From contig BTRG01000003.1 of the NCBI GenBank assembly GCA_036986275.1, forward strand, positions 3,820 through 67,819: a stretch of DNA of 64,000 nucleotides, read 5' to 3'. The stretch comes from Gammaproteobacteria bacterium. GTDB taxonomy: Bacteria > Pseudomonadota > Gammaproteobacteria > Acidiferrobacterales > SZUA-150. Under the pieces are notes generated by a model, which saw only the letters and a program-made list of their open reading frames with translations, was not told the DNA's origin and searched no databases. The position numbers and the translations under genes were made by a program. Shown piece by piece: positions 37,951 to 49,661 of this stretch (the stretch's first letter is position 1; each line of letters begins with the position of its first letter).

Positions 37951-39159
37951 TTATTTCGCTGTCGGCATCAACTTCATTTCCGCCAGTGAGTTTCTCAACG
38001 CCGCAAAAAACCCTATATCGTCCATCATGGCGAATTGCACCTTCATGGTCAGCGCGGAGCCAAAAACAATCGATACAAAAGCTAAGAATGAACCCAGCGC
38101 CAATGTTGAAACCCCGGTGATCCCCTGTCCCACTGTGCAACCCATGGATAACACGCCACCGACACCCATTAGCACGCCGCCCGCGGCATGATTGATCACA
38201 TCTGATTTGTTGGCAAACCATTCGATGCGAAAAGTACGACTGAACAGAGAATAAATCAACGAACCAGCGATTACACCCACGAGCGCCATTACGCCAAAGT
38301 TAACAAACGACAACTTGTCCGGTTGTAACGCATAGCGAAAGGAATCGCCCATGGGACTGATAAAAGTATAGGACTGGACTGCAACGCGACTTGGAATCTC
38401 CGGGGCAAAATCGGCATAGTCTTTCCATTCCACACCTATGCTGCCACCTGTGATATACCAACCGATAAGAACTGCTGCACCGACAACGACACCACCGAGA
38501 ATCTTTTCAAAACTGCTGCGAAACTCACTGGACTTGAAGACAAAAAACAACAAACCCAGTCCCACCAACAAACCAATGCCGGTATGGTATCCGCTGGTGT
38601 CCTCTTGACCCATGACCCCGCCGACCAGTGCGCCCAACTCCTGACTATTAAATCCCCTGCTACTAAGGTCGATTGTGGTGGGGTCAATCCAGGGTGAAAA
38701 ATAGTTTGTGAAGATACCTTCTCCGGGCGCAAACGGGTCCTCCCCCCACAACATCAAATAAGCCATAAAAGCAGTAACGATCAACACAAAAACAGATTTT
38801 AAATTGCCACTGCCGACACGAATCAGGGTTTTATTGCCACAACCACTACCCAACGTCATGCCGATACCAAACATGACACCGCCAAGCACATAACGTAACC
38901 AGGCAAAATTTGCAGTACGATAGGGAGGAAATGTGTCATTAGGCAGCGTGATTGTGCCCGAGGCTTCAAGTATCACCACACCCAGCATGGCAACGGCTAT
39001 TGCCAATATCCAGGCTCGCATGCGGCCTAAATCTTCCATATTGACCCAGTCAGATACTGCGCCCATGGTGCAGAAATTTGTTTTATTGACAACGGCGCCC
39101 ATGACGGCGGCGGTCAGAAACACCGTAAGCAACACCTGATTATGTATTGTAAATTCCAT
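37951..39159 (-). CDS. YeeE/YedE-family sulfur-compound (thiosulfate-type) transporter
   Basis: About 402 aa polytopic membrane protein with conserved Cys motifs NFCTMGAV, GSGCGNK and MGCTVGQG. ATG at 39159 with GGAGGAG RBS; the track ORF extends to 39255. Confidence 0.85.
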   Translation of the reverse strand: MEFTIHNQVLLTVFLTAAVMGAVVNKTNFCTMGAVSDWVNMEDLGRMRAWILAIAVAMLGVVILEASGTITLPNDTFPPYRTANFAWLRYVLGGVMFGIGMTLGSGCGNKTLIRVGSGNLKSVFVLIVTAFMAYLMLWGEDPFAPGEGIFTNYFSPWIDPTTIDLSSRGFNSQELGALVGGVMGQEDTSGYHTGIGLLVGLGLLFFVFKSSEFRSSFEKILGGVVVGAAVLIGWYITGGSIGVEWKDYADFAPEIPSRVAVQSYTFISPMGDSFRYALQPDKLSFVNFGVMALVGVIAGSLIYSLFSRTFRIEWFANKSDVINHAAGGVLMGVGGVLSMGCTVGQGITGVSTLALGSFLAFVSIVFGSALTMKVQFAMMDDIGFFAALRNSLAEMKLMPTAK

Positions 39160-39195
39160 CCAACTCCTCCAGGGGAATAATTTCAGTATTAGACA

Positions 39196-39220
39196 AACAC
39201 CTACCGACCAGGCAGGTGTT
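39196..39220 (-). promoter_or_regulatory. 10-bp stem hairpin in the queC-yeeE spacer / yeeE 5' leader
   Basis: On the minus strand: AACACCTGCC-TGGTC-GGTAGGTGTT (one G.T pair). About 37 nt upstream of the yeeE start. The T-tract is poor (TTGTCT). Confidence 0.4.
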
Positions 39221-39323
39221 GATAATAGACGTCTGCTGGCAAGGTAATATTCCACTCACCAGAAGTGTAGGGGATTATAAGGGTCGGGACGGCCCAACGA
39301 AACCCTTGGGCTCCTGCAAATGG

Positions 39324-40061
39324 CTATCGATAGCGGGTGGGATCGGCAACATTGGCCTCTTCGAAACCCCTGGCCCGTAGCCGGCAGGCGTCACATACCC
39401 GGCAGGCGCGCGCCTGAGCATCGGGGTCATAACAGGACAAAGTGAGGTCATAATTCACGCCCAAGGCTATGCCCTGGCGAATGATGTCGGCCTTGGTGAG
39501 TGAAATCAGCGGTGCATGGATATGAAAACCACGCCCTTCCACGCCCTCTTTGGTGGCCAGGCGGGCCAGATCTTCGAAGGCCTGGATAAAGGCCGGCCGG
39601 CAATCCGGATAACCCGAATAATCCACGGCATTGGCGCCAATAAAAATATCGTAGGCCCGTAGCACCTCGGCCCATGCCAGGGCCATGGACAGAAAAACCG
39701 TATTACGGGCCGAAACATAGGTTGGAGGAATATGTTGATCGCCTGCCTCCTGCAGACAGGCCTCACCATGGTCCGGAACGGCAATGGTCTCATCCGTTAA
39801 TGCCGATCCCCCCATCCAACCCAGATCCAGTGTGACGCGCCTATGATCGTAGGCGCCCAGGGCCTTGGCCAGACGCGCGGCGGCCTCCAGTTCCAGGCGA
39901 TGACGCTGACCATAATCGAAACTCAGGGCATAACAGAGGAATCCCTGTTCACGCGCCATGGCCAACACCGTGGCCGAATCCAGTCCACCCGAGAGCAATA
40001 CTACAGCGCGCTTGGCAGCATTCCTTTCCTGCGCGCGTCCTCGTTCATCGCCCACGCCCAC
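39324..40061 (-). CDS. queC: 7-cyano-7-deazaguanine synthase QueC
   Basis: [12 protein letters not shown]-loop and C-terminal Zn site ..[13 protein letters not shown] start (40061 or 40055) overlaps the queE end. Confidence 0.9.
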   Translation of the reverse strand: MGVGDERGRAQERNAAKRAVVLLSGGLDSATVLAMAREQGFLCYALSFDYGQRHRLELEAAARLAKALGAYDHRRVTLDLGWMGGSALTDETIAVPDHGEACLQEAGDQHIPPTYVSARNTVFLSMALAWAEVLRAYDIFIGANAVDYSGYPDCRPAFIQAFEDLARLATKEGVEGRGFHIHAPLISLTKADIIRQGIALGVNYDLTLSCYDPDAQARACRVCDACRLRARGFEEANVADPTRYR

Positions 40062-40725
40062 TCCCCCATAATAATTTATGCAATTGTAACTGCAGCCTTA
40101 CCGGCAACCTGTCCTCCAAGATCCATTGCGCCAACACCACACTATCCAGTTCCCCGTGCACGGGAGACAACCAGACCTCACAACATTCGGTCAACTTGTA
40201 TTGCCCGATTTGCTCAACACACCACTCATAGTCCTGACGATTGGCAATGACACATTTCAGTTGATCGGTAGGTCGCAACCACGCCAGATTCTCGTAATTA
40301 TTTTTCTCGACCTCACCCGAGGCCGGCGTCTTCAGATCCATCACCACATTCACGCGCGGGTCTACGCCCTGTAAAGACAGGGCGCCACTGGTCTCGAGCG
40401 AAACGATATAACCGAGATCGCACAAGCTGGTGAGCAATTCCAGAGAACCGCACTGGGCGAGGGGTTCACCACCGGTTATCGTGACATGCCGAACGCCATA
40501 GGATGAGATCCGGTCGAGCACTTCGTGCAAGAGATAATATTCACCGCCCGTAAATGCATAGGCAGTATCGCAGTAATAACAGCGTAACGGGCAGCCGGTA
40601 AGGCGTACAAATACGGTAGGAAGGCCAGTGAAACGTGATTCACCCTGAAGCGAATAAAACACCTCGGTGATACGCAGGCGCGTCTGCTGTGACCTGGGTA
40701 CTTTTTCTATAAGGGGCTGTGACAT
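40045..40725 (-). CDS. queE: 7-carboxy-7-deazaguanine synthase QueE (radical SAM)
   Basis: 226 aa. FYSLQGES.. and [10 protein letters not shown] cluster motif. Confidence 0.9.
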   Translation of the reverse strand: MSQPLIEKVPRSQQTRLRITEVFYSLQGESRFTGLPTVFVRLTGCPLRCYYCDTAYAFTGGEYYLLHEVLDRISSYGVRHVTITGGEPLAQCGSLELLTSLCDLGYIVSLETSGALSLQGVDPRVNVVMDLKTPASGEVEKNNYENLAWLRPTDQLKCVIANRQDYEWCVEQIGQYKLTECCEVWLSPVHGELDSVVLAQWILEDRLPVRLQLQLHKLLWGSGRGR

Positions 40726-40755
40726 TGCCCGTAGAGTATATCGAAATCCAGGAGT

Positions 40756-41523
40756 CTAACGGCCTGCCTTTTGCAACTTTTGCAAACGTTGTTGCGCGGA
40801 CTTGGCCGTGCGGGTATTGGGGTAGCGTTGTACCACTTGTTCCAGTGATTGCCTGGCCTTGGCCCAATCTTCCATCTCAAAATAGGTAAAACCTATCTTC
40901 AGCATGGCATCAGGCACCTTGGGGCTATCGGGATAATCCGCCAGGACTTTATTAAAGTCCGCCAGGGCCTGTTTCAGCTTGCGCTGATAATAGTGTGCTT
41001 CGGCTATCCAGTATTGTGCATTGCCGGCGTAGCGACTCTTGGGATGTTTTAACAGAAACTCCCGGAAGGCCTTGATTGCCTTGTCATAAGCGCCCTGCTT
41101 CATCAAAGCGAAGGCCGCTTCATAGGCCTTGCGGCCCTGAGCCGTGGTCACCGGACGGGTCGGGGCCGCTGTCGGCACCGTGGCGACCGAGCCTGAGGCA
41201 CTGCCGCCACGCCCTTCCAGTTTGCCGATACGCTGATCCACGTCCTGCAATAAAGTCTTCTGTTGCTGTTTCAGGCGTTGTAGTTCATGGGACTGGATCT
41301 CCACTTGATTGCGGAGATCGCGCACCTCGTTTTGCAAGACATCCATTTGTACCAGTAATTCAACCAGGGCATCCGGGGACGTGGAGCGCACACTGGGGGC
41401 CGGTGTCGGGGCGCCGCCCCCGGATGAAGTGCGCCTGTCAAGCAGACGATCAGCGGCCTCAGCAAAGCCGCCCATCATCATGGTTAGTACCAACAAACAA
41501 ACAACAAGCTTGCGGTTCATCAT
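40756..41523 (-). CDS. cpoB: Cell division coordinator CpoB (YbgF), TPR protein
   Basis: 255 aa. Signal peptide, coiled-coil region, C-terminal TPR repeats. Last gene of the tol-pal cluster. Confidence 0.85.
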   Translation of the reverse strand: MMNRKLVVCLLVLTMMMGGFAEAADRLLDRRTSSGGGAPTPAPSVRSTSPDALVELLVQMDVLQNEVRDLRNQVEIQSHELQRLKQQQKTLLQDVDQRIGKLEGRGGSASGSVATVPTAAPTRPVTTAQGRKAYEAAFALMKQGAYDKAIKAFREFLLKHPKSRYAGNAQYWIAEAHYYQRKLKQALADFNKVLADYPDSPKVPDAMLKIGFTYFEMEDWAKARQSLEQVVQRYPNTRTAKSAQQRLQKLQKAGR

Positions 41524-41542
41524 CCCGAATGCCTATCCTGCC

Positions 41543-42046
41543 TTAGTAGGAAATCTCCACACGACGATTCTCGCGCCAGGCGGACTCGTTATGTTCCGGG
41601 GCAATGGGATTCTCCTCGCCATAAGACGTGGTCTGGATACGATTACCTGCCACACCCAACGCACGCATCATGCGGGCCACGGCAGCGGCGCGTCGTTCAC
41701 CCAGGGCCAGATTATATTCACGCGTACCGCGTTCATCAGTATGCCCTTCCAGCGTCACGTTCAAACCAGCGTGGTCCACCAGGTAGGCCGCATGGGCCTC
41801 GACAATAGCCGCGTACTCACCGTCTACCGCGCTGCTATCAAAAGCAAAATGAATGCGACGTTCTGACAACAGATCCTGTGCGCCCACGGCTTCTCCCGTC
41901 CCCGCGGCACCCTCACCTGTACCGGTAGTTTGTGCTCCGCCTCTATCTTCTACGGGCGCATCAGGCTTGACTGCCTCATCACCCCCACAACCGGCCAGGG
42001 CAAGCACAAATGCGGTGAATACAATATATCCAGCAATCTTCTTCAT
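41543..42046 (-). CDS. pal: Peptidoglycan-associated lipoprotein Pal
   Basis: MKKIAGYIVFTAFVLALAGC lipobox start at 42046 (AAGGAG RBS). OmpA-like C-domain (NLALGERRA). The track ORF extension to 42235 overlaps tolB and is rejected. Confidence 0.9.
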   Translation of the reverse strand: MKKIAGYIVFTAFVLALAGCGGDEAVKPDAPVEDRGGAQTTGTGEGAAGTGEAVGAQDLLSERRIHFAFDSSAVDGEYAAIVEAHAAYLVDHAGLNVTLEGHTDERGTREYNLALGERRAAAVARMMRALGVAGNRIQTTSYGEENPIAPEHNESAWRENRRVEISY

Positions 42047-42050
42047 ACGT

Positions 42051-43367
42051 TTACTCCTTGTAGTGTAATTGTTGATCATAAGGGGACCACGCGGGTTCGC
42101 GTACATCACCCGTTTCAAATCGATACCGTTGTCGTACTCGACCATCTGACGAAACTGAGGCCAGCACACCCCGTCCCCGTAATTCGGTTGCGTAAATAAT
42201 GATGCCGCCATTAGGCGCAAAACTGGGCGACTCATCCAGCTTGCTATCAGTCAGAACCTGCAAAGCAAGATTATCCAGACGCAAGATGCCGACATGATAC
42301 TTGCCGTTCTGCCGTGTCACCAGTGTTAACGAGCGACCGTCCGGAGAATACGACGGGCGGGCATTGTAGGAACCTTCAAAGGTCAAACGCTCAACGTCAC
42401 TGCCATCTGCCTTCATTCTGTATATCTGGGGTCTGCCGGCACGATCAGAGGTAAAAACGATATTCAGACCATTGGGTGACCACGCAGGCTCGGTATCAAT
42501 GACACCATTGCGTGTTAAACGTGTCAAACGGCGGCTGGCAACATTCATCACATAAATCTCGGCGTTACCATCTCTTGACAACGTCATGGCCAAACGTTTG
42601 CCATCGGGTGACCAGGCCGGGGCGCTATTTATCCCCTTGAAATGGGCAAGCTTTTCCCGGCGTCCGCTGCCCAGGTCCTGGGTATACAAAACAGGACGCT
42701 TGTGTTCAAAAGAGACATAAGCCAGACGCTTGCCATCGGGAGACCAGGCCGGTGACAGCAGGGGCTCGCTGGAACGGACGATGGTCTTGGGGGCATAACC
42801 GTCCGAATCAGCCACCTGCAATTTGAAGACATTGCCTTTGCCTTGACGTTGCCGCGTAATGTAAGCAATTCGCGTTGTAAACGCCCCCGGTTGACCGGTC
42901 AGTTGCTCGTAGACAATGTCGCTGATCTGGTGCGCAGTGGTGCGCAACATATTTCGATCCACGGTATAGCGATAACCGGCCAGCTGTTTTTCTTTATAGA
43001 TATCGTAGAGACGAAACTCGATTTGATAACGCCCGGGGTTCACCAGTTTGATACTGCCTATCACCAGGGCCTCGGCCTTGATCAGACGCCAGTCCTTATA
43101 GACCACATCGGCATCCCGCTGAGGTGAAGAAATAAACTGCTTACGCTCGATGGGCGCGAAACGTCCACTACGCAACAAATCGGCTTCAATAATATTGGCA
43201 ATATGTTGCGGTGGCGCTGTCTTGCCCGCCCAGGCAAACGGGACGATGGCTACCGGCAGTCCGGCGGCCTCACCCTGTGTGATTTCTATGGTCAGTATGG
43301 CCTGCGCCGATGGTGCCACACTCCAGCACAACAGAACCGCGATCCAGTAACGAGTACCCTTTAACAT
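42051..43367 (-). CDS. tolB: Tol-Pal system beta-propeller protein TolB
   Basis: 438 aa. Signal peptide and repeated ..PAWSPDG.. propeller blades. Confidence 0.95.
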   Translation of the reverse strand: MLKGTRYWIAVLLCWSVAPSAQAILTIEITQGEAAGLPVAIVPFAWAGKTAPPQHIANIIEADLLRSGRFAPIERKQFISSPQRDADVVYKDWRLIKAEALVIGSIKLVNPGRYQIEFRLYDIYKEKQLAGYRYTVDRNMLRTTAHQISDIVYEQLTGQPGAFTTRIAYITRQRQGKGNVFKLQVADSDGYAPKTIVRSSEPLLSPAWSPDGKRLAYVSFEHKRPVLYTQDLGSGRREKLAHFKGINSAPAWSPDGKRLAMTLSRDGNAEIYVMNVASRRLTRLTRNGVIDTEPAWSPNGLNIVFTSDRAGRPQIYRMKADGSDVERLTFEGSYNARPSYSPDGRSLTLVTRQNGKYHVGILRLDNLALQVLTDSKLDESPSFAPNGGIIIYATELRGRGVLASVSSDGRVRQRYRFETGDVREPAWSPYDQQLHYKE

Positions 43368-43375
43368 TAGTGATG

Positions 43376-44056
43376 TTAGTCCTCAGGATTAAATAAAAAT
43401 TCAATTTCCCGGAAGTAATCAAAGAGATCGGCCTCCTGCGGGATGGGCAGCGGCGAAGCTTTATATACGGCATTTTCCACCGAGCGATCAAACAACGGAT
43501 TCCCGCTTGAGGTAATCACCTTGGCGCCCAACACCTCCCCTGTGGCCGCCAGCCTCACACGCACAACACACTTTAAACCCTTGGCGACACCTGATGGCCG
43601 CACCCAGTTACGGCTGACCTTCTGTCGAATAAGGACTCTGTATTCATCCGCCAGGGCATCGGCCCGTGCCTGACGCTCGGCCTGCTGGTGCTCTTTCTCT
43701 TCCTCCGCCAGTTGCTCCTGCAAGGCGCGTTGTTCTACCTTACGCCTTGCCTCGACCTCCTCTTTCTTACGCTTGAGCTCTCTCTTGCGTTTCTTTTCAG
43801 CCGCCAGCCTCTTTTTGTCGACTTGTTTCTTTTTCATCTTGGACTTGGGTTTAGGCTTGCTGGCCTTCTTTGGCGGTATCTTATCCACCACCTTGACCTT
43901 GATAACCCTTGGCCCGGTATCCCTGGAGTCTGAAGACCAGTGAAACCCTATCACCAGAAGCAGAATAATTACCACATGCAGGGCCACTGCAAATCCCAGC
44001 GGTTTCAGCCAGCCCGTCTTACGCCCCCCACTCTTCTGTTTCGTTTGACCGCGCAT
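43376..44056 (-). CDS. tolA: TolA
   Basis: 226 aa. N-terminal TM anchor, K/E/A-rich helical linker, C-terminal TolA/TonB-like domain. Located between tolR and tolB. Confidence 0.8.
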   Translation of the reverse strand: MRGQTKQKSGGRKTGWLKPLGFAVALHVVIILLLVIGFHWSSDSRDTGPRVIKVKVVDKIPPKKASKPKPKSKMKKKQVDKKRLAAEKKRKRELKRKKEEVEARRKVEQRALQEQLAEEEKEHQQAERQARADALADEYRVLIRQKVSRNWVRPSGVAKGLKCVVRVRLAATGEVLGAKVITSSGNPLFDRSVENAVYKASPLPIPQEADLFDYFREIEFLFNPED

Positions 44057-44078
44057 TACGATACGACTGGCAATCTCC

Positions 44079-44504
44079 TCATTTTTTATTTTTCGCCGGT
44101 GTCTCAGTAATCAGTCCAATACTGGGCGCCCCGGCATCCTGCAGTAAGGTCATCACCTTAATCACCTTACCATAGGCCACGCGCCTGTCACCGCGAACCA
44201 GCACGGGGGTCTGGGGTCGTATCTTGAGTATCTTGCTAATTTTTGTTTTTAAATGCTTGCGGCTGATCTTTCTGTCATCAAGATAGAGTCGTCCACTGCG
44301 ACTCACTGTCACCACCAATGTTTCATTGTCCTTGCTATTAATCGGTTTCGATGCCGCCTGCGGTAATTCGATTTTCACCCCTTGCGTTAACAGGGGTGCG
44401 GTAATCATAAAGATCACCAACAGCACCAACATCACGTCGATATAAGGCACGACATTGATATCGCTCATGAGTTTCTTTTTCTTGCGCCTGGAAACAGCCA
44501 TCAC
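44079..44504 (-). CDS. tolR: TolR (ExbD family)
   Basis: 141 aa. INVVPYIDVMLVLLVIFM motif. Confidence 0.9.
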   Translation of the reverse strand: MMAVSRRKKKKLMSDINVVPYIDVMLVLLVIFMITAPLLTQGVKIELPQAASKPINSKDNETLVVTVSRSGRLYLDDRKISRKHLKTKISKILKIRPQTPVLVRGDRRVAYGKVIKVMTLLQDAGAPSIGLITETPAKNKK

Positions 44505-45199
44505 TACACCCTCGGACCTATGGTCTGGCGTTGCACTATGCTGGTGAACTCCTCCATGAAAATCTCATAACGCGTCAGCAATCGCTCGACCTGGTTGGAA
44601 TAGCGATTGTAGGCAATCACTGCCGGGATGGCGGCAAACAGGCCAATGGCTGTAGCGATCAAGGCCTCGGCGATACCGGGGGCCACCTGGGCAATAGTGG
44701 CCTGTTGAACGGCGCTCAGCGAGCGAAAGGAATTCATAATGCCCCAGACCGTACCAAACAACCCCACGTAGGGACTGGTAGAGCCCACAGTGGCCAGAAA
44801 TGCCAAGTGTGTTTCCAGGTAATCGGTTTCGCGTATCATGGCCACGCGCATGGCGCGCTGCACTCCTTCGAGCACGGACGCGGGCGTATGATTCTTTTGT
44901 TGCTCCAGGCGCCGGTATTCACGAAAGCCGTCGACAAACATGCCGGCCATACCCGAAGGTTCATTTTTCTTCTGGTTAAGATCGGTGTACATCTGCGACA
45001 GATTGCCACCTGACCAAAAACGCTTTTCAAACCGATTCGCTTCCCAGTTTGCCATCTTGATCGCCACCCACTTTCGACCGATCATGGTCCAGGACACGAC
45101 GGAGGCCACGGCCAGTGCCAGCATCACGGCCTGCACCGGCCAACTGGCGTTCAGTATCAGGGCAAGGTAGCCGGTGGCATCCGTTGTTGTTGTGATCAT
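44504..45199 (-). CDS. tolQ: TolQ (MotA/ExbB family)
   Basis: 231 aa. Three TM helices, with a GLFGTVWGIM motif. Confidence 0.9.
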   Translation of the reverse strand: MITTTTDATGYLALILNASWPVQAVMLALAVASVVSWTMIGRKWVAIKMANWEANRFEKRFWSGGNLSQMYTDLNQKKNEPSGMAGMFVDGFREYRRLEQQKNHTPASVLEGVQRAMRVAMIRETDYLETHLAFLATVGSTSPYVGLFGTVWGIMNSFRSLSAVQQATIAQVAPGIAEALIATAIGLFAAIPAVIAYNRYSNQVERLLTRYEIFMEEFTSIVQRQTIGPRV

Positions 45200-45221
45200 A
45201 ACAGCTTCTCCCTAACCACTT

Positions 45222-45638
45222 TTATAATGCATCATACACCCGCTGGGGTATGGCTTTGGGCACAAAGGCCTCGGCGTCTATACAAGCAATGCGAACTTCC
45301 GCCGTACATAACACGTCATCGCCACGGGTGATTGTTTGGTAAAATCTGAGACTGGCATTGCCGCGATGCCGGGGCTCACAACTGACCTGCAACAATTCGT
45401 TAAAACGGGCAGGCAACAAGTATTCTATTTTCAGGGAACGCACCGGGAACAACAGTCCCTCCTGTTCACGCAACCGGTCCTGCTCAAAGCCCTTGTCCCG
45501 CAACCATTCCGTACGCGCCCGCTCCATAAAGTTCAGATAACAGGCATGATAGACCACGCCACCGGCATCGGTGTCTTCATAATAAACCCGTACGGGGAAA
45601 ATAAACGTCGGATTGTCGGTATGGGCTTGGCTGCTCAA
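45222..45638 (-). CDS. ybgC: Tol-Pal-associated acyl-CoA thioesterase YbgC (4HBT fold)
   Basis: 138 aa. [19 protein letters not shown] hotdog motif. Located upstream of tolQ. Confidence 0.85.
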   Translation of the reverse strand: MSSQAHTDNPTFIFPVRVYYEDTDAGGVVYHACYLNFMERARTEWLRDKGFEQDRLREQEGLLFPVRSLKIEYLLPARFNELLQVSCEPRHRGNASLRFYQTITRGDDVLCTAEVRIACIDAEAFVPKAIPQRVYDAL

Positions 45639-46699
45639 GACGGGTTGGGTTTGGTTTGCTCTTGAAAAAACTCTTGCTGTTTCGTGGCCTCAGCGGGCAC
45701 GGTCAATCCAAAATACTTCCAGGTATTTCGCGTTGCCATGCGGCCACGGGCCGTGCGCATTAACAAACCTTGCTGAATTAGATACGGCTCTATCACATCC
45801 TCCAGGGTACCGCGCTCCTCACCTATGGCCACCGCCAGATTATCGATACCAACAGGGCCACCTCCGAAATTATCCAGCACGGTGCGCAACAATCTACGGT
45901 CCATGGTATCGAGACCGTGACAGTCTACATCTAGCATGTCCAGAGCGGCTACGGCAATGTCGCCGGTCAGCACGCCATCACCCTTGATCTCGGAAAAATC
46001 CCGCGCCCGCCTCAACAGGCGATTGGCGATACGTGGTGTGCCACGGGAACGTTTAGCTACAGCGGCAATACCCTTGGCTTCGGTTATGATGCCGAGTATA
46101 CCGGCTGAACGTTTGACGATAGTCGACAACTCATGCTCAGAATAAAACTCCAGCCTGTGGACAATACCGAAACGGTCCCGCAAGGGAGAGGTCAGCAGGC
46201 CCGCGCGCGTAGTCGCCCCAACCAGGGTGAAGGGCGGCAGATCCAGTTTAATAGTACGCGCCGCCGGCCCATCTCCGATGATGATATCCAGCTGATAGTC
46301 TTCCATCGCCGGATAAAGGATCTCTTCCACCACCGGGCTGAGACGGTGTATCTCGTCAATGAACAACACATCATGAGGTTCAAGATTCGTCAACAGGGCC
46401 GCCAAGTCACCGGCACGTTCCAGCACCGGTCCCGAAGTCTGGCGCAGATTGGCGCCCATCTCATGGGCCACGATATTGGCCAGTGTGGTCTTGCCCAGGC
46501 CGGGCGGCCCAAACAGCAATACATGATCCAGCGACTCCTTGCGGGCACGCGCTGCCGCTATAAAGACTTCCAGTTGCTCATGGATATGGGGCTGGCCAAT
46601 GTAGTCGACGAGACGCCGCGGACGCAGGCCCGGTTCATTCGAATCGTCTTCGCCCGATAACAACACGTGGGCCGAAACCATGCGATCATGTTCTATCAT
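45635..46699 (-). CDS. ruvB: Holliday junction branch migration ATPase RuvB
   Basis: 354 aa. [11 protein letters not shown] and DEIHRL. Confidence 0.95.
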   Translation of the reverse strand: MIEHDRMVSAHVLLSGEDDSNEPGLRPRRLVDYIGQPHIHEQLEVFIAAARARKESLDHVLLFGPPGLGKTTLANIVAHEMGANLRQTSGPVLERAGDLAALLTNLEPHDVLFIDEIHRLSPVVEEILYPAMEDYQLDIIIGDGPAARTIKLDLPPFTLVGATTRAGLLTSPLRDRFGIVHRLEFYSEHELSTIVKRSAGILGIITEAKGIAAVAKRSRGTPRIANRLLRRARDFSEIKGDGVLTGDIAVAALDMLDVDCHGLDTMDRRLLRTVLDNFGGGPVGIDNLAVAIGEERGTLEDVIEPYLIQQGLLMRTARGRMATRNTWKYFGLTVPAEATKQQEFFQEQTKPNPS

Positions 46700-46704
46700 G
46701 CCCC

Positions 46705-47298
46705 TTATCCTGCCATGCTCTTCAGTGCCAGACGAATGATTTCTTCCGTACTCTGCCCTTCGGTATTAACCGCGCGTACCAGGCGACTGGCTTCTTGAGG
46801 TTTATACCCGAGACTGGCGAGGGCCGTTACTGCCTCACTGACGGGGTTTGGAGAGTCCCCGGAAGATGAGATGGCCGCGACCTCGGCCATCGTGCCTGCG
46901 GTCACCTTGTCCCGCATCTCGACGATCAAACGCTCGGCAGTCTTGCGGCCGATGCCCGGGACCTGGGTCAGGCGCGCAACATCGCTGTCTATGACACATT
47001 GACTGAATTCTGTATCCGATAAACCGGAGAGTATGGCCAGGGCCACGCGCGGGCCGACACCATTCACCTTGATCAGGCTGCGAAACAGCTGGCGCTGCCC
47101 CAGACGCGAGAAACCATACAGCAAATGCGCATCATCACGCACCACAAGATGGGTATATAAGGTGACCGACTCACCTGTTGCCGGCAGATCGTAAAACGTG
47201 GTCATGGGCGCTTCAAGCTCATAACCCACGCCTGCCACGTCGACCAATAGTGACGGCGGTTCTTTCAATAACAGGCGGCCCTGCAAACATCCTATCAT
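46705..47298 (-). CDS. ruvA: Holliday junction DNA helicase subunit RuvA
   Basis: 197 aa. [10 protein letters not shown].. with HhH motifs ([26 protein letters not shown]). Confidence 0.95.
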   Translation of the reverse strand: MIGCLQGRLLLKEPPSLLVDVAGVGYELEAPMTTFYDLPATGESVTLYTHLVVRDDAHLLYGFSRLGQRQLFRSLIKVNGVGPRVALAILSGLSDTEFSQCVIDSDVARLTQVPGIGRKTAERLIVEMRDKVTAGTMAEVAAISSSGDSPNPVSEAVTALASLGYKPQEASRLVRAVNTEGQSTEEIIRLALKSMAG

Positions 47299-47813
47299 GG
47301 CGTCACCTTGGCCGTGCCGCGCAAACCACGATGCAAGGCCGCCGTGCCTGCCGCATCATAGGCATGGCAAATGGCGCAAGCCAGGGCATCGGCGGCATCG
47401 GCCTGCGGCCTCGCGGGCAGGTGTAAGATGGCCTTGACCATGTGTTGCACCTGGGTTTTGTCGGCATGGCCCTTGCCGACGATGGCGCGTTTGATTTGCA
47501 AGGCCGTGTACTCCTGCAATGCCAACTCGTGATTGGCGGCGGCACAAATGGCAGCGCCACGCGCCTGACCCAGTTTCAGTGCCGAATCGGCATTACGCGC
47601 CAAAAAGACTTTTTCTATTGCCAGTGTTTCCGGGTGGTGGGTAGTAATAATTTCGCTGACGCCTTCGTATATCACTTTCAGTCTATGGGCAAGATTTCCA
47701 GCAGGTATCTTGATACAGCCACTATCTTCATAGATACACTTGCCATTGCGCAATACGCTCACGACACCGAATCCGGTTAGGCGTGAGCCCGGGTCTATGC
47801 CCAGTATGCGCAT
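47295..47813 (-). CDS. ruvC: Crossover junction endodeoxyribonuclease RuvC
   Basis: 172 aa. [10 protein letters not shown].. N-terminus. Confidence 0.95.
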   Translation of the reverse strand: MRILGIDPGSRLTGFGVVSVLRNGKCIYEDSGCIKIPAGNLAHRLKVIYEGVSEIITTHHPETLAIEKVFLARNADSALKLGQARGAAICAAANHELALQEYTALQIKRAIVGKGHADKTQVQHMVKAILHLPARPQADAADALACAICHAYDAAGTAALHRGLRGTAKVTP

Positions 47814-47824
47814 AAAACTCTCCT

Positions 47825-48574
47825 CTAGCCCGCCTGTGCCTCCAGCAGCTCAGTCGGGAAATCAGCATTGCTGTAAACATTCTGTACGTCATCCAGCTCT
47901 TCCAGGGCGTCGAGCAGGTGCAGCACCTTTTCCCCGGCCTCACCCTCAAGCAGCGTCTCTATGCCGGCACGCTCGGTCAACTCTGCCATCTCGGGCATCA
48001 AACCAGCTGCCTTCATAGCCTCACTGACAGCATGAAAACTGTCCGCCGCCGTCACCACTTCCAGGCTGCCATCATTAAGACTGGCGACATCCTCGGCACC
48101 GGCCTCCAGCGCGGCCTCCATCAGAGTGTCTTCATCCGTGCCTTGCGGATAGGACAAGACACCGATTCGATTAAACAAATAAGCTACCGAGCCATCCGTG
48201 CCCAGGTTGCCACCATGCTTGGAAAACATATGTCGCACCTCGCTGACCGTACGGTTACGATTATCCGTCGCACACTCCACCAGCACGGCGATACCACCAG
48301 GCCCATAGCCCTCATAACGCACCTCTTCGTAATTCACGCCCTCGAGTTCACCGGTGCCGCGCTTGATGGCCTTCTCGATCTTGTCCTTGGGCATATTTTG
48401 AGACAGGCCCTTGTCTATGGCCGTGCGCAGCCTGGGATTGGCCGCCGGATCGCCGCCACTCATGCGTGCCGCCACGGTGATTTCACGTATCAACTTAGTG
48501 AAAATCTTGCCCCGCTTGGCGTCCTGGGCGCCCTTGCGGAACCTGATATTGGCCCATTTACTGTGTCCGGCCAT
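47825..48574 (-). CDS. yebC: YebC/PmpR-family transcriptional regulator
   Basis: [18 protein letters not shown].. start at 48574. The track ORF extension to 48652 is rejected. Confidence 0.9.
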   Translation of the reverse strand: MAGHSKWANIRFRKGAQDAKRGKIFTKLIREITVAARMSGGDPAANPRLRTAIDKGLSQNMPKDKIEKAIKRGTGELEGVNYEEVRYEGYGPGGIAVLVECATDNRNRTVSEVRHMFSKHGGNLGTDGSVAYLFNRIGVLSYPQGTDEDTLMEAALEAGAEDVASLNDGSLEVVTAADSFHAVSEAMKAAGLMPEMAELTERAGIETLLEGEAGEKVLHLLDALEELDDVQNVYSNADFPTELLEAQAG

Positions 48575-48773
48575 AGAAGCTCCCGAATAATCGTTTTGCA
48601 ATCGCCATAAAACCAGCGATTTTCTGGGCGTGAGTTTAGCATTGACACGCAATCAGCCCAAACAAGGGCTGCTATGGCTTGATATGACCAATCACGACAT
48701 GAAGGAGCAAATATTTTGTCTATTTTCTTTGAATACCTAAGTAAATCATTTGGTTTTTTCACGGCCAAGGCTG

Positions 48774-48826
48774 GAAATGCCTATTCTTATTGCGTTTATC
48801 GCCCGAACAGGCATTTCTGCTTTTTT
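48774..48826 (+). terminator. Terminator-like hairpin with T-run and no upstream + strand gene (attenuator or sRNA 3' end?)
   Basis: GAAATGCCT-(26-nt loop)-AGGCATTTC, then TGC and T6. About 120 nt upstream of the 231-aa gene start. Confidence 0.4.
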
Positions 48827-48943
48827 ACAGTATTGGCATGGTTAATGCATTTTCAACCTCGACGGGCCAATACAAGCGAGTTTATAGAGGATAACTAACA
48901 ATTATTACATGCCCTCTTTTGACAAAGTGACTTGGAGAGCGAT

Positions 48944-49639
48944 ATGAAACGTTATATTTTAGCCAATAGTGAAGGCCTGACACCCGACAAGCAATCCATT
49001 CGGGAAGGAAAGTTTGTACATTCCATAAAAGCCGGCAATAACGATCCTATAGTAAAAGTGATTCAGTCTGGCTTTCACTCTCCCCATCTGGCAGTCCTTG
49101 AACACGATGACAGCACAGTCAACAAAGTCAAGTTATTCATGTTTCACACCTGGACTGTTGGCGTGGATATGAACAACCCCAAGGCCTATACAGTGGTCAA
49201 GGAAGTCCCTGTGCCATCGGCATCGCTAGACAAAAAACTGGCTTTTAGTATCGCCGCGGCCAGTGAAATCTTTGCCAATGAAGAATTTGTCAAATGGGCA
49301 GAGGACTGGCTTGCAGACATTGACAGGTCAGCCATCACTGCCGAGAAGATGCATACCGATCTGAAAAAAGAAATGGAAGCCGCTTCCGCACTGGGTGAGC
49401 TGGCTGCCTGGGGAGAAACCTCGGGCAGTGATAGTGAGCTGGTTCATGAGCAGGAAAAGAAAGAACATCTTGCGCTAAATGTCAGCAAGGCCGCGTCCCT
49501 CTTTGGCAAACCCGACCCGGACTCAAATGAGGTGTTGGCAGCCTTACGCCAAACCAATCGGGAAATAGATCACTACGCCAGTAAACTGAACCTCGACAGA
49601 CTGGCTGAAAAAGTATTTCGACTGGCTCCGTCAGCGTAA
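48944..49639 (+). CDS. Hypothetical protein, 231 aa
   Basis: ATG at 48944 preceded by GGAGAG (the track TTG is at 48932). No signal peptide. The helical, Ala/Glu-rich C-terminal half (KWAEDWLADIDRS..EAASALGELAAWGE) is faintly reminiscent of helical immunity-type repeats. Has its own terminator. Confidence 0.6.
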   Translation: MKRYILANSEGLTPDKQSIREGKFVHSIKAGNNDPIVKVIQSGFHSPHLAVLEHDDSTVNKVKLFMFHTWTVGVDMNNPKAYTVVKEVPVPSASLDKKLAFSIAAASEIFANEEFVKWAEDWLADIDRSAITAEKMHTDLKKEMEAASALGELAAWGETSGSDSELVHEQEKKEHLALNVSKAASLFGKPDPDSNEVLAALRQTNREIDHYASKLNLDRLAEKVFRLAPSA

Positions 49640-49661
49640 CACGATTGTGTTGCGTTTTCTT

